A stretch of 61,580 nt of DNA, counting the filler, from Chiloscyllium plagiosum (taxonomy: Eukaryota): assembly GCF_004010195.1 (NCBI RefSeq). It is 4 parts of one record of this genome, joined end to end, with 100 filler letters (N's around TTAATTAATTAA, not from the genome) between each part and the next. Parts side by side here need not be neighbours in the genome. Positions count along the whole stretch, not along the records: positions 18,238 to 32,998 come from NC_057712.1; positions 33,099 to 50,641 come from NC_057712.1; 2 more parts are not named here. The stretch is one strand, 5' to 3'. This document shows positions 24,439-36,719 of the stretch, piece after piece. The position numbers and the translations under genes are program-made. Position 1 is the first letter of the stretch. Each line of letters starts with the position of its first letter. The notes below the pieces were generated by a model. That model worked only from the letters and a program-made list of their open reading frames with translations, was not told where the DNA came from and made no database searches.

Positions 24439-24729
24439 AGATTCCCTACAGTGTGGAAACAGGCCATTTGGCCCAACAAGTCCACACCAACCCTCTGAAG
24501 AATAACCCACCCAAACCCATTCCCCTACCCTATNNNNNNNNNNNNNNNNNNGGGCAATTTAGCATGGCCAATCCACCTGACCTGCACGTTTGGATTGTGG
24601 GAGCAAACCCATGCATTCACAGGGAGAACATGCAAACTCTGCACAGACAGTCACCTGAGGTGGGAATTGAACTCAGGTCCCTGGTGCTGTGAGGCAGCAG
24701 TGCTAACCACTGAACCACAGTGTCACCCA
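24439..24729 (-). mobile_element. HE1-type SINE
   Basis: tRNA-like head and shared 3' end; short internal N gap. Confidence 0.85.
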
Positions 24730-26270
24730 TACTTCTGACCTTATGATGGAGGGAAGGTCATTGATGAAGCAGATGAAGACGGTTGGGCCTAAGACACTAC
24801 CCTGAGGAAGTCCAGGTAAATGTAAAGTGCTTCTAGTTTGCATTTCCACAATCCAGGACTGCATCGTTTAAACAACTAATCACATTTTGTATCAAGGGCA
24901 AACACAGGATGAAAACAGGCTGGTCAGTGTGGGGATGGGAAACTGGGGATGCAGCAGGAAGAGTGAAGGGGAAAAGCAGGTCCTTCCTCCCAGCATGGAG
25001 CTGGTCAGGCACATTCTGCAGATGGGCTGGGTGTGCTTGAGGCGTCCTGAGGTTGTGCCTTAATTTCAAAAGGAAAAAGAGAAATTGCTTTTCTATAGCA
25101 CCTTTCAGAGCCTCATGGTCTCCCAAAGCACTTCACATCCAAATAAACTTTTACAATGTAGTCACTAACGTAAATCAGGAAATGCAGCAGTCAATCTATG
25201 CACAAGATCCTACAAACAACAACCAATGATTGGTTAATGTATTTAAAGATGTTGGTTGAGGAATAAATTGATTTGTCCACCAGGGAAAATTCATCTGCTT
25301 CTCCAGGTGATAGTCCCAGAGGATAAGTACAATGATTTCTCGTTAAAAAGAGCTGACTGGTAGTGAGTTTAACCTGAGGGTCACCATTCCTCAGGTGAGA
25401 CTGAGGAGACAACATAACCTCAGCTGTTGGCATCATTCTGGATTGTGAACCAGCCATCCAGCCAACTGAACTAACCGATCACTTCCAAACGTATACTGTG
25501 GTCAAGCAACCTAACAAAGAGAGCAGACAAGGCCTCAGTTCAATACCTAATCTGACAGGTAAGACTACAAAGCAAAACTAGCAGACTAACACAGACAAGG
25601 GAGCTGGAATTTTGTCTGAAAAATGTACTGTACCATTGCACGAGAATGAGGTGCTTCTTTGGAGTCCATGAACAAAATGAAGCTGGAACCATCCGACTTT
25701 TCAGAATCCCTTCGAAAAGAATCAGAAACACGTGAGGAACGCTCACTGAGTCTGTACATAGGTTATAATTCATTCCCTGCCACCAGTAAAATATACTGCA
25801 CAGACCACCCATGAGAAATACTACTAACCACCTCTGAAAGAATGGTCGAACATCTTTCTAAACAATTTGCAGGATGAATTTCATTCAATCAACTAAATCA
25901 AATAAAGAGGCGAGGACCACTTATATTTACAAAGCTGCCTTTAGCATAGTAAATGTCCTGAAAGATTTCAAGGAGCATTAGCAGATGGCATGTAGTTCAG
26001 AGTCACAAGAGGAAATATAGGAGTTCTTTGACGAAGTTACAACAATGGATGCTCAAGTGTAGTACATACACATTGTGCAAAAGTCCATTGTGTGCAATAG
26101 TGAAGTGTATGCAGAACTGCATTATGTACAAAAGTGCATTGCATGCAATAACGAGTGTATGTAGATGTAAATTGAGCGCAGTAGATGTTCTATATATGCG
26201 CAGTAGATGTTCTAGATATTTGATGAAAGTACTTTTAAACAAACCTGTTCGGAAGTAGGAACCATGTGGT

Positions 26271-26416
26271 TTAGATTAGATTAGATTAGATTACTTACAG
26301 TGTGGAAACAGGCCCTTCGGCCCAACAAGTCCACACCGACCCGCCGAAGAGCAGCAAACTCCACACAGACAGTTGCCTGAGGTGAGAATTGAACCTGGGT
26401 CTTTGGCGCTATGAGG
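26271..26416 (-). mobile_element. HE1-type SINE, internally deleted
   Basis: (ttaga)n tail plus cagtgtggaaacaggcccttcggcccaac. Confidence 0.8.
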
Positions 26417-26479
26417 ATGGTATTATGGCTACATCATTGGCAAAGGCTTAGAAGGCCTTTTCTAATAGTACAGGAGTTT

Positions 26480-27330
26480 GCCTCAGTCCCCACTGTCACT
26501 ATTAGGAACATTGTTGTGAATGACCTGGCCTTGGGTAAAGACAGTACAATTTTGCTGTTTGCTAATGATTAAAAATCTTTGGCAAAATTGCAAATAAGCC
26601 TGAAGGTAGAAGATAGCAGAAGTGAGTGGTCAAACATATGGCAGATGCAGGACAGCATGGCTAAATGTGAGTATATTGTGTGCAATACAATGCGACACCA
26701 GTGTGAAAATCAGTATTATTTAAATGGTGATATATTGGGAAGTGTAGATATACAAAGGAATCTGCAAAAGTAGATACTTAGATGCAGCAAGCATATGGCA
26801 TATTGGCCTTTGTTGGAAGAGAATTTAAGTTCAGAAGTAGGGATGTCTTACAAGCAGTTACACAGGGCCTTGGTGAGTCCACACCAGGTGTATTGCGTGC
26901 AGTTTTTGTCTCCCTAACTAAGAAAGGATAGTACTTGCTATAGTTTGAAATATAGCGGAGCTTCACTAGATTGGGAATGGCCAAACTGTTCTTTGAGGAA
27001 AGATTGGTTCAACTGAGTTTAGAATGATAAGAGGGGATCTGATTGAAATGCATGAAATTCTAACAGGGCTAGTCAGATTAGATGCAGAGAGGATGTTTCC
27101 CCAGTTGGGGAGTCTAGAAACAGGGAACAAAGATGAGGAAAGACTTCTTTGGTCTGAACCCGAGAAATTCTCTACCACAGAAGACTCTGGAGGCCAAGTC
27201 ACTGAATATATTAAAGAAAGAATTTTTAAAAAAATTTAAATGTATCCAGAAGTATAGGCAGAAAGGAGGAAATGGCATTAAGAGACGATCAGTCATGATC
27301 ATACTGAAAGACAGTGCAGGATCAAAAGAT
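26480..27330 (+). mobile_element. CR1 LINE 3' part, decayed
   Basis: FAND(D), WQM and RGDLIE motifs. Confidence 0.75.
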
Positions 27331-27582
27331 AAAAATATGGATATAACATTATAGATATTTTAAGTTTGGCTTGGGGGTTACGATTGATCAGAAACTGAAC
27401 CGGTCCTGTAACCATGACTGGGGCCTGGGCGGGGTGGGGAAAGGCATCAAATTCTGTATCCATCTGCCCCAACTTCACTCCAATTCTTAAAGATGCACAA
27501 ATAGTTGTGGCTAAATTCAATGAGCCTACCGTGAGAAAGGTGTTTTGAACATAATAAGAAGTCATTGGTAAACAATCGCCAA

Positions 27583-28240
27583 AGACTGAGCCACCACCCT
27601 CTGTCTTCTACTTTTGAGCCAGTTCTGTATCCAAATGGCTAGTTCTCCTGTATCCCATATGATCTAACCTTGCTAACCAGTCTACAATAAGGAACCTTGT
27701 CAAATGCCTTACTGAGGTCCCTGTAGACCACGTCCATGGCTCTACCCTCATCAATCCTCTTCGTTACTTCTTCAAAAAACTCAATCAAGTTTGTGAGACA
27801 TGATTTCCCATGCACTAAGCATGTTGACTATCCCTAAGCAATCCTTGCTTTTCCAAATGCATGTAAATCCTGTCCCTCAGGATTCCCTCCAACAATGTGC
27901 CCACCACCAATGTCAGGCTCACCAGTCGATAGTTCACTGGGCTTTTCCTTACCATCTTTTTTAAATAGTGGCACCATGTTAGCCAACCTCCAGTCTTCCA
28001 ACACCTCACCTGTGACTATCAATGATACAAATATCTCAGCAAGAGGTCCAGCAATCACTTCTCTAGCTTCCCACAGAGTTCTAGGGTACATCTGATCAGA
28101 TCCTGAGGATTTATCCACCTTCATGTGTTTTAAGCCATCCAGCACCTCTTCCTCTGTAAAATGGATATTTTTCTAGAAATTATCATCAATTTCCCCACAT
28201 TCTATTTCTTCCATAACCTTCTTCACAGTAAATAATGATA
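27583..28240 (-). mobile_element. CR1 LINE RT N-terminal fragment
   Basis: ORF KVDKSSGSDQMYPRTLWEAREVIAGPLAEIF..EDWRLANMVPLFKK. Confidence 0.88.
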
Positions 28241-28309
28241 CTGTTTCCAACAGATTTCACGTCATTCAGATTATAGCACAGTTACCTGGGATATCTGTTA
28301 CAAACTTAC

Positions 28310-28350
28310 TTTGAAGAAAATCCATCTTGTGAAATACTGTTTGATTCATT
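28310..28350 (-). CDS. EIF2AK2: PKR-like Ser-rich linker exon (NESNSISQDGFSS)
   Basis: gcacag| and |gtaagt sites; phase 0-2 bridges the dsRBM exon and the 23223-23286 exon. Confidence 0.55.
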
Positions 28351-29279
28351 CTGTGCCCATCAGACACCAAGACCAGATCCGGAACAGAATTGAGGGAATA
28401 AAGAAAACATTAAGTTAGAGTTTGAGAAAACAAACCCAAACCGATGTCTTGAATTGAATTACTTTATTTTTATTGTATATTTTGCATTCTTAATAAGAAC
28501 CTTCCCACAGTTAAAAATAAGCGAACAACTATTATCCAATTCAGGCAGTTGTATATGGGTTTTGCTTTCCAATGCACTTGCATAGTCCCTTGAAAGCTGA
28601 CAAATTGCACTCTTTGGTTCATGCTGTGAGTATCTTTAGACCTACTGTCTTTACCTTACAAATGAGATTTAACTGTGAGATAATACCTACAAATACGACA
28701 ACATAGATTTCTGAAATTCTCCCTTTCACAACATTACTTCAACTTTGTAGGCATTCAGCCAACAAGTCCATGGTAGTTCACCATTTGAGTCTCGTCTCAA
28801 CCCTATACATCTCACCATCGGCACATCCAGCTAATCCTTTCTTCCTCATGTACTCAACCTGCCTGCCCTTAAATGCATCGACATGATGCACCTCGTTATT
28901 TGTGGTAGTGAGTTCCACATTCTCAACACTCTCGAGACACAGCAGGTTCTCTTGAACTTCACTGAGTCCTGGAAACTGACAGCAGAAAGGCCATTCACCT
29001 ATCATGTCTGTGTTAGCTCTTTCAAAGATTGGTCATGATTAGGGCCATTTGTATTTTGATCCATCACCTTGCAAAGTACCCATTCTGCACTCTTCTCACA
29101 TTATTTCACCAATCATTTTCCATCTTCTTTTCAGTCAGACTGTTCTAGATCCCAAAAATTCTCTCTGCGAAAACATTTCTCCTCATCTACCTTCTGGATC
29201 TTTTACTAAAGATTTGAAATCTCTGACTTTACTGACACCTTCACCACAGAGTAACAGAAAAGTATGGAAGCAACGGCTG

Positions 29280-30432
29280 TTGTCTATGTGGATTTGAAGA
29301 AAGTGATTCACAAAGTACCACATAACAGGTTGGTTAACAACCCGTGACAGAACACTTCAACTCCCCCTCCCAGTCCACCAAGGACATGCAGGTCCTGAAC
29401 CTCCTCCATTGTCAAACCCTAACCACCCCATGCTTGGAGGAAGGACGCCTCATCTTCCACTGTGGGACCCTGCAACCACATGGGATCCACGTGGATTTCA
29501 CTAGTTTCCTCACTTCCCTTCCCCCACCTTATCCCAGTTCCAAACCTCCAACTCAGCACCACCTGCTTGACTGGTCCTACCTGTCCATCTTCCTTCCCAC
29601 CTTCCCTCCCCTCAAACCAATCACACCCACTTTCACTTTCATCTCCTGACGAAAGGCTAAATGCCTGAAACATCAGTTCTCCTGCTCCTCAGTTTCTGCC
29701 TGACGTGCTGTTTTTCCAGCATCACACTCTCAACTCTGATCTCCAGCATCTGCAGTCCTCACTTTCTCCTGGTTAACATGAGGGTCCATGTCAGCTCAGA
29801 TGGAAATGGTTTAATGATTAAAAAGCAGCCAGTCACAGTGAATGATTATTTTCCAGATTGTAAAGTAGGAGACAGTGGAGTTCCCAAAGATCGCTGTGGG
29901 TGTACTGCTCTTTTTTTTAAACAATATATAAATAACTTGAATATTGGAATACAGAGTAATATTTCAAATGGTGTGGACCATGAGGAGACATGACAGAGTG
30001 GTTACTGAAATGAAGAACTTTAGCTACAAGGTTACGGTGATAAAACTGGCATTGTTTTCCTGGCACAAAAGAGACTGAAGGCCAATTTGATAAAGCAGTA
30101 CAGGACTCTAAGAGGTTTGGATGTGGTAAATGATAAAAGAATTCCTCCAATTAGTTGATGGTACAAGGAATAATGGACACAAATCTAAAGTTTTGGGCAA
30201 GAGATTCAAGAGCAATGTATGGAAGAGAATTCTTTTCCACAGAAAGTGGAACTCACTGGGCAATGGAAGCTGAGATAATGAACAATTTCAAAAAGGAATC
30301 TGGATGGACACTTGAAGAAAATAAACTTGTACAGCATGGGGTTAGAATTGGGAAAGAGGATGGACTGGATTATTTCATGGAGCGCTGGCATAGACATGAT
30401 AGGCCAAATGGCCTCCTGCACAGTAAATGACT
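29280..30432 (+). mobile_element. CR1 LINE fragment interrupted by a Penelope insert
   Basis: VYVD..K..KVPH before the insert and SGVP after it, followed by a 3' region. Confidence 0.65.
29340..29769 (+). mobile_element. Penelope-like element 3' fragment (GIY-YIG C-terminus plus terminal repeat); 9-bp TSD tggttaaca
   Basis: VTEHFNSPSQSTKDMQV..LEEGRLIFHCGTLQPHGIHVDF. Degenerate hammerhead ctgacgaaaggc..gcctgaaac at ~29646-29672. TSD at 29331-29339 and 29770-29778. Confidence 0.82.
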
Positions 30433-30864
30433 CTATAATATGGGATATGAACTAATTGTAGACCAAGACCAGACAGGAGTAGCAGATTCCTGCTCCCAGA
30501 GGAAATGAAGGGAACTGATGGGGAAGCTGTTACCTGTATCTGGGTGTAATGGTAATTCTGCAAACAGATTATTCCCTCTACCACTCAGCCAACTTTCTAT
30601 TCTAGTTAATTATACAGCTTGTTATTGGAAGAAAGAGGAGAATTGAATTCTGAATCTCTATCTTATAAATTCAATACTTAAAGCAATCGTCTATTCTATT
30701 ACATAGTCAATGCTGCTTACAAAGAGCTAACCTGGTGCAATGGACAAAATCCACGCTAAAATGTTAGACGTGCCACAATTTATCTGCAAGGTGCAGTCCA
30801 CTCAAACATGAAACAAATGCTTAACAGCGCACACCATTCACACTGTTGTATATTATACAAATGA

Positions 30865-31540
30865 CACCAAGCATATTGTCTCACATTACCGAACACAATC
30901 GTACATTATACAACACACACCAAGCATCTTATAACACACTCCCACAGAATACTCCACAAACCGAGTGCACTGTATTGCAGAATACAACACACAAAGCACA
31001 TTACAACACACTCCCACAGAATACTGTACATACTGAGCGCACTGTACTACATTACACAACACACCGAGCACATTAAACACACACACTCACAGAATACTGC
31101 ACAGCTGAGCACACTGTACGACATAATACAGAACACACCGAACACATTACACCACACACTCCCACAGAATACTGCACATACTGAGTGCACTGTATTACAT
31201 TACACAACACACCGAGCACATTACAATACACACTCCCACAGAATACTGCACAGCTGAGCACACTGTACTACATAATACAGCACACACCGAGCACATTACA
31301 ACACACACTCCCACAGAATACTGCACATACTGAGCGCACTGTACTACATTACACAACACACCGAGCACATTACAACACACACTCCCACAGAATACTGCAC
31401 ATACTGAGCACACTGTACTACATAATAAAACACACACCGAGCACATTACACCACACACTCCCACATAATACTACACATACCGAGTGCACTGTACTACATT
31501 ACACAACACACCGAGCACAATCCCTCAGAATATTACACAG
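30865..31540. repeat. CA-rich minisatellite, ~74-bp unit, about 9 copies
   Basis: The ctccca core recurs at 30939, 31011, 31159, 31233, 31308, 31382 and 31458. Confidence 0.92.
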
Positions 31541-31552
31541 CTTGAGGAATAC

Positions 31553-31661
31553 CTGCAGTTCATTCAAAGCAAAAACAGCAGCTCTCTGTTTGGCCTCTTG
31601 TTTGTTTTTTCCAGAAGCACTTGCGAAAGATCTGTCATTTATTACAAATTTCAGAGTAAAT
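31553..31661 (-). CDS. EIF2AK2: PKR-like dsRBM C-terminal half exon (FTLKFVINDRSFASASGKNKQEAKQRAAVFALNELQ)
   Basis: Matches the dsRBM consensus F...V.I....F..G.G..K.EAK..AA..AL. Sites ttttccag| and cag|gtatt; phase 2-0. Confidence 0.88.
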
Positions 31662-32087
31662 CTGGAAAACAGGATTGCTCAATTAGTCAAGAATCGCTTA
31701 TCTGAACGGAGGTGCAGCTACACCCATGTCATCTATCATAGAACAGTGCAGCACAGAATGGGCCAGTGAACCCACTGAGTTTGCTCCAACTCCTCTGAGG
31801 GAGCTCTCTAATTAATGTCACTCGCTCTCTGCTCTTTCCCCATAGCTCTGTAATTTATTTCCTTTGGAAACAATTATCTAATTCCCTTCAATGAAGTTGT
31901 TTTTGAAAGGGCTTTCACTGCATTTTTAGGCGGTGTATTCCAGATCAAGTCATTTCACTTTGGATGAGAAATTGGAACTGCAGGTGAGAGAGAGTCATCC
32001 AGCTCGTCAGCCTGTGGTTGGATTTGTTTAGCAAGAAGTCAGTCTCTCCTTTGCTGTTGTAAATGACTAGCACAATCGCTCACTTAC

Positions 32088-32200
32088 TCTGGAGTGTGAG
32101 ATGGCCCGCGTTTAGCCACTTCCACAACCTTGCAGATCCAATCCCGTTTTTGGCAATACTCGTTCAACTCTCCGATGGCATTTTTCGAGCTACAGGAGAG
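32088..32200 (-). CDS. EIF2AK2: PKR-like dsRBM N-terminal half exon (LSCSSKNAIGELNEYCQKRDWICKVVEVAKRGPSHTPE)
   Basis: N..G.LNEYCQK and GPSH motifs of a dsRBM. Donor ga|gtaagt phase 2 joins the next exon. An alternative acceptor exists at 32189. Confidence 0.88.
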
Positions 32201-32998
32201 CTACAGTTGATTAAAAAGAAACAGGGTGTTTAAAAGGTGTAGTTTATTTCTATGTCCTCTTATAAAGATGAATTGCGCATGTCTCAGCTCAGCAGGCATT
32301 TGTGAATGTAACATAAAGCAGCCTGACTGGGTGGAACAAGGTCACCTTGGAGCTGTGTCCAAGACTGTGAATCACCTCACCTCACATCTGATGCAAAAAC
32401 ACCTGGACAAATCAAATGTGACCTATCCAACAACAACTTGCATTAATATAGCACCGTCAACACCATCAAATGATCCATGCGGCTCCACAGAAGCATTACA
32501 CAAGAAATCTAAAAAAGCTGGTTACCATTTGGTTTCATCAAAAAGAGGAGTTTTTTAAAATGTCTGAGAGGAGGAGAGAGATTGAGAAGGTTAGGGATGG
32601 GAATTCTGGGCTGTAGTTTGTCTAACTTTTTCTCATTGAGTGGGGGGCGCATTTCAATTTTTCTCTCACCTGGTTAGAGGGCTGGTGGATAAACTTCAGA
32701 ACAGCAAGGTTTAGCCTAACAGTAAAATGAACTTTGGGGTTGGAGGGGTTAGGAAATTGATAATTCCAAAACAATACTTTGATTATTCAAATAAATAAAT
32801 AATAACAATGTCTATTTAAAGTCCAAGTAACAGAGCTAACTAATAAAGTCTTTTCTCTCACATACTTTTGCTTAAATACAAAAGATCGAAAAAGGCCCTA
32901 AATCCTGAGGGTCTAGTGACCCTACCTCCTGACCCCCTGATACGCCAACCCCCAACCCTCACAACATTCTGACCCTCACTGTCCCACCCCCTCAAATC

Positions 32999-33098
32999 NN
33001 NNNNNNNNNNNNNNNNNNNNNNNNNNNNNNNNNNNNNNNNNNTTAATTAATTAANNNNNNNNNNNNNNNNNNNNNNNNNNNNNNNNNNNNNNNNNNNN
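32999..33098. other. Artificial contig/scaffold spacer
   Basis: 44N-TTAATTAATTAA-44N. Confidence 0.95.
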
Positions 33099-34010
33099 TG
33101 TTCAGGTATTGATGTTGGGCTTGAACCCATGACTTTCTGGCTTAGGCTAGAGTTCTGCCATGGTAACAATGTTCCTGGTATGAAAAGTCAAACTTTGTAG
33201 GTAGCAGTAGCTTGAAAATTGAGAAGGAACAATGTGGCTGATTGGTGCAGACAATTCAGCCACTTATTGTAAACTTGAAGACTGCGATCAAGTCATCCAC
33301 TCAGACTGAGTAACGAAGCAGAAGCATTTCCCAATATCACTCCCAAATAGTTGTTTTCCATCTATGATAACTTCAGAATGAGTAAATCTTCTCTGACCCT
33401 TTTGTCATCATACCCTGTGGAATACACTACTGATGTTCCAACTACCTGAGATTTTGTGATGGGACACCAGGAATTCTTACCCAATACCAAGTGTGTAACA
33501 AGCTGATTCTGCCCTTGAATGGTTGTGAAGATAGCCTCCTTGTATTATTAAGCAGGTGTAAGAAGTGTTCTTTGGTGGCGCTTCTTGTACTGCTGCAGAC
33601 CATGTGCATAGGTAAACCCATAATGCCACTAAGGAGGGATTGCCAGGAATCTAATCCAGCAATAGATTTCTAAATCAGGATAGTGTCTCACTTGGAGGGG
33701 TATTTACAAGTGGAGGTGCTCTCATGTATCCTTAGACGTGGGAGGTGGCTTTAGAAGGTGCTGTTCAAGGAGCTTTGGAGAATTTAATATGTCAATTTCA
33801 CTGTCAAAGCAGCTTAGAAAGTGTTGTGACTTGTGTTTTTCCTTTCAATTCAATGCAAATTATAACCAGGTATTGCTATTCTGAATGCTAGGATGAGGGG
33901 GTTTAAATGCTAATTTTAAATATCTGGGCTAGTTCTATCACCTCCGTGGAAGTGAAACAAATTGTCTTAGTCCGTTCTTATCTACCTATCTCGAAACTTG
34001 CTTCATCTGA

Positions 34011-34346
<336 letters not shown>

Positions 34347-34674
34347 TAGGTCTCTTCATGATTGGTTAATCAGTGTGAAGTGCTGTTGGGTTAAAGCGGA
34401 ATATTGATTGGAAACCAAAAGGATGTTCTGTTGTTATTTGGATGGAGACAGTGAATTTTTTACCTCTCCTATAAAGTGTACTCCATCAGTACTGCTCTGG
34501 GAATATCCATCTGGGTTTGGAGGTTGAATTCACAATTCTGACTTGGGCATAACTATGACCGTTAGAAAATGGCTGGTCATTAGATTACTGACAATCAGTT
34601 GTGTAGTGTTTAAAGTAAAGATTACTTGGCAATTTTTCTTGGTCAGTGATAACATACTTAAATATAAGTAAACA

Positions 34675-35272
34675 TGTGAGTATAGGAGTTGGGAGGTCAT
34701 GTTGCGGCTGTACAGGACATTGGTTAGGCCTGTTGGAATATTGCGTGCAGTTCTGGTCTCCTTCCTATCAGAAAGATATTGTGAAACTTGAAAGGGTTCA
34801 GAAAAGATTTAAAGCATGTTACCAGGGTTGGAGGGTCTTAGCGACAGGGAGAGGCTGAACAGGCTGGGGTTGTTTTCCCTGGAGCGTCGGAGGCTGAAGG
34901 GTGACCTTAGAGGTTTACAAAATTATGAGGGGCATGGATAGGATAAATAGACAAAGTCTTTTCCTTGGGGTTGGAGAGTCCAGAACTAGAGGGTTTAGGG
35001 TGAGAGGGGAAAGATATAAAAGAGACCTAAGGGGCAACTGTTTTATGCAGAAGGTGGTACGTGTATGGAATGAGCTGTCAGAGGATGTGGTGGAGGCTGA
35101 TACAATTGCAACATTTAAGAGGCATTTCGATGGGTATATGAATAGGAAGGATTTGGAGGGATATGGGCCGGGTGCTGGCAGGTTGGACTAGATTGGGTTG
35201 GGATATCTGGTCGGCATGGACGGGTTGGACCGAAGGGTCTGTTTCCATGCTGTACATCTCTATGACTCTATG
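34675..35272 (+). mobile_element. CR1 LINE (HER1-like) 3' end in a HEATR5B intron
   Basis: LEYCVQFWSP, LERVQKRF and VVRVWNEL motifs; tail ctatgactctatg. Confidence 0.9.
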
Positions 35273-35527
35273 TATTATGATTGATTCTGGTCTATAACTA
35301 TGGAACGTGAATGAAAGATGTTGCAACAAGAACGTCGGGCTTCATTTCATGTTCAGGTCTCTGGATTGCAGCTTCAATCCACAGCTTTCTGACTTGAGAT
35401 GAGAGTGGTATCCACTGATCCATGTCTGAAACTCTGGCCATGAGATGGAAAGAAGGAGGGCTATGGATTTTTGTTGGACATGTTTCTGAGAGCATGTGCA
35501 CTCCTGAGAATGCCTTTTATCTCCTAG

Positions 35528-35699
35528 TGTCTACTGGAACTACAAAAGGAGTCGGTCTTCATGTGGACCACAGAACTGGAAAACCTAGCTACTCTTTGCT
35601 TTAAAGCTCTGGAAGGATCTAATTATGGGGTCAGAGTTGCAGTGTCCAAATTACTCGGGACTGTCATGGCAACAGCTTTAACACCCAAACAAGCAGCAG
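35528..35699 (+). CDS. HEATR5B: HEATR5B exon ([57 protein letters not shown])
   Basis: Not called in this frame by the ORF track; read manually. Sites ctcctag| and |gtaagc; phase 0-1. Confidence 0.9.
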
Positions 35700-35739
35700 G
35701 TAAGCATTACAGAAAATAGTGTATTGGTTTGTTTCCCAA

Positions 35740-36560
35740 GAACATAGGAATGTAAGAATGTAGAAACATATGGACAAGAGTACGTCATTCAGCCTGTTGA
35801 GTCTGACTCACCATTCAATGCAACCACAGCTATCTGCATATTTTCAGTGCTGTTTCCTCACCACATCCCCATAACCCTGTACCACCGGCAATTAAAAATC
35901 AAACTTAAACAAACTGAAAGATTGCCCATCCCCAGCCCTCTGTGGCAGTGCGTTTCAAAGATTCACAACCCTCTGAGTAAAAACGATTCTCCTCATTTCA
36001 GACCCAAGAGTCATCCCTCTAATTTTTAAATTGTGCATCCTGGTTCTAGACTCCTCAATCAGAGGATTCATTGTGTCTTTACTCTGTCTATCCCTTTCTA
36101 AGGATTTCGTAGATTCCAATGAGATCACCTCTCAATCTTTGAAACGCGAAAGAACAAGGCCTGCTTTGCCCAATCTCCCTCTATAGGACAGTTCTGCCAT
36201 CCTGTGAACAAGTCTGGTGAAGTTTTATTGCACTCACTCTGTGGAAATTATATCTTTCTTGAGGTAAGGAGATCAAAACTGCATACATTACTTCAGGTGC
36301 GGTCTAACCAAGCCCCTATAAAACAGAACCAAGACTTCACTACTCCTGCACATTTATCCTCTTGTGATAAAGGCTAGTGTTTCATTACCTCTCCAAATTG
36401 CTGGATGCAGCTGCATGTTAACCTTGAAAAAGTTGTTGAAAAGGACACCCACGTTCCTTTGTAGATCTACACTTTCCAACCTCTTATAATTTAAGATGTA
36501 CTCTACACATCTGTTTTTAACCACCAAAGGTAGCCTCACCTTTTCCCTCTGCCGTGTTCT
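35740..36560 (-). mobile_element. CR1 LINE 3' part, decayed
   Basis: Reverse complement of a CR1 C-terminal region with a (ttcta/ttaca)n-like tail near 35740. Confidence 0.7.
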
Positions 36561-36719
36561 TGCCCATCACTTCCTGTGGATGCTGCTTAATCCATGCTGA
36601 CATATTACCTACTATCCCATATCCTTTTATCTTTCCAACCCCTAACCCTGTAGGGGACTTTATCTAAAGGCTTAAGTATACAATGTCTATTTTATCAATT
36701 TTGTAAGTAACATCTTCAA

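Noticed and set aside
30865..31540. Regularly spaced repeats resembling a CRISPR array; long ORFs 31185-31769 and 31195-31464
   Set aside because: Whole units repeat with no unique spacers, there are no cas genes, and the DNA is a vertebrate intron. The ORFs are by-products of a stop-poor minisatellite.
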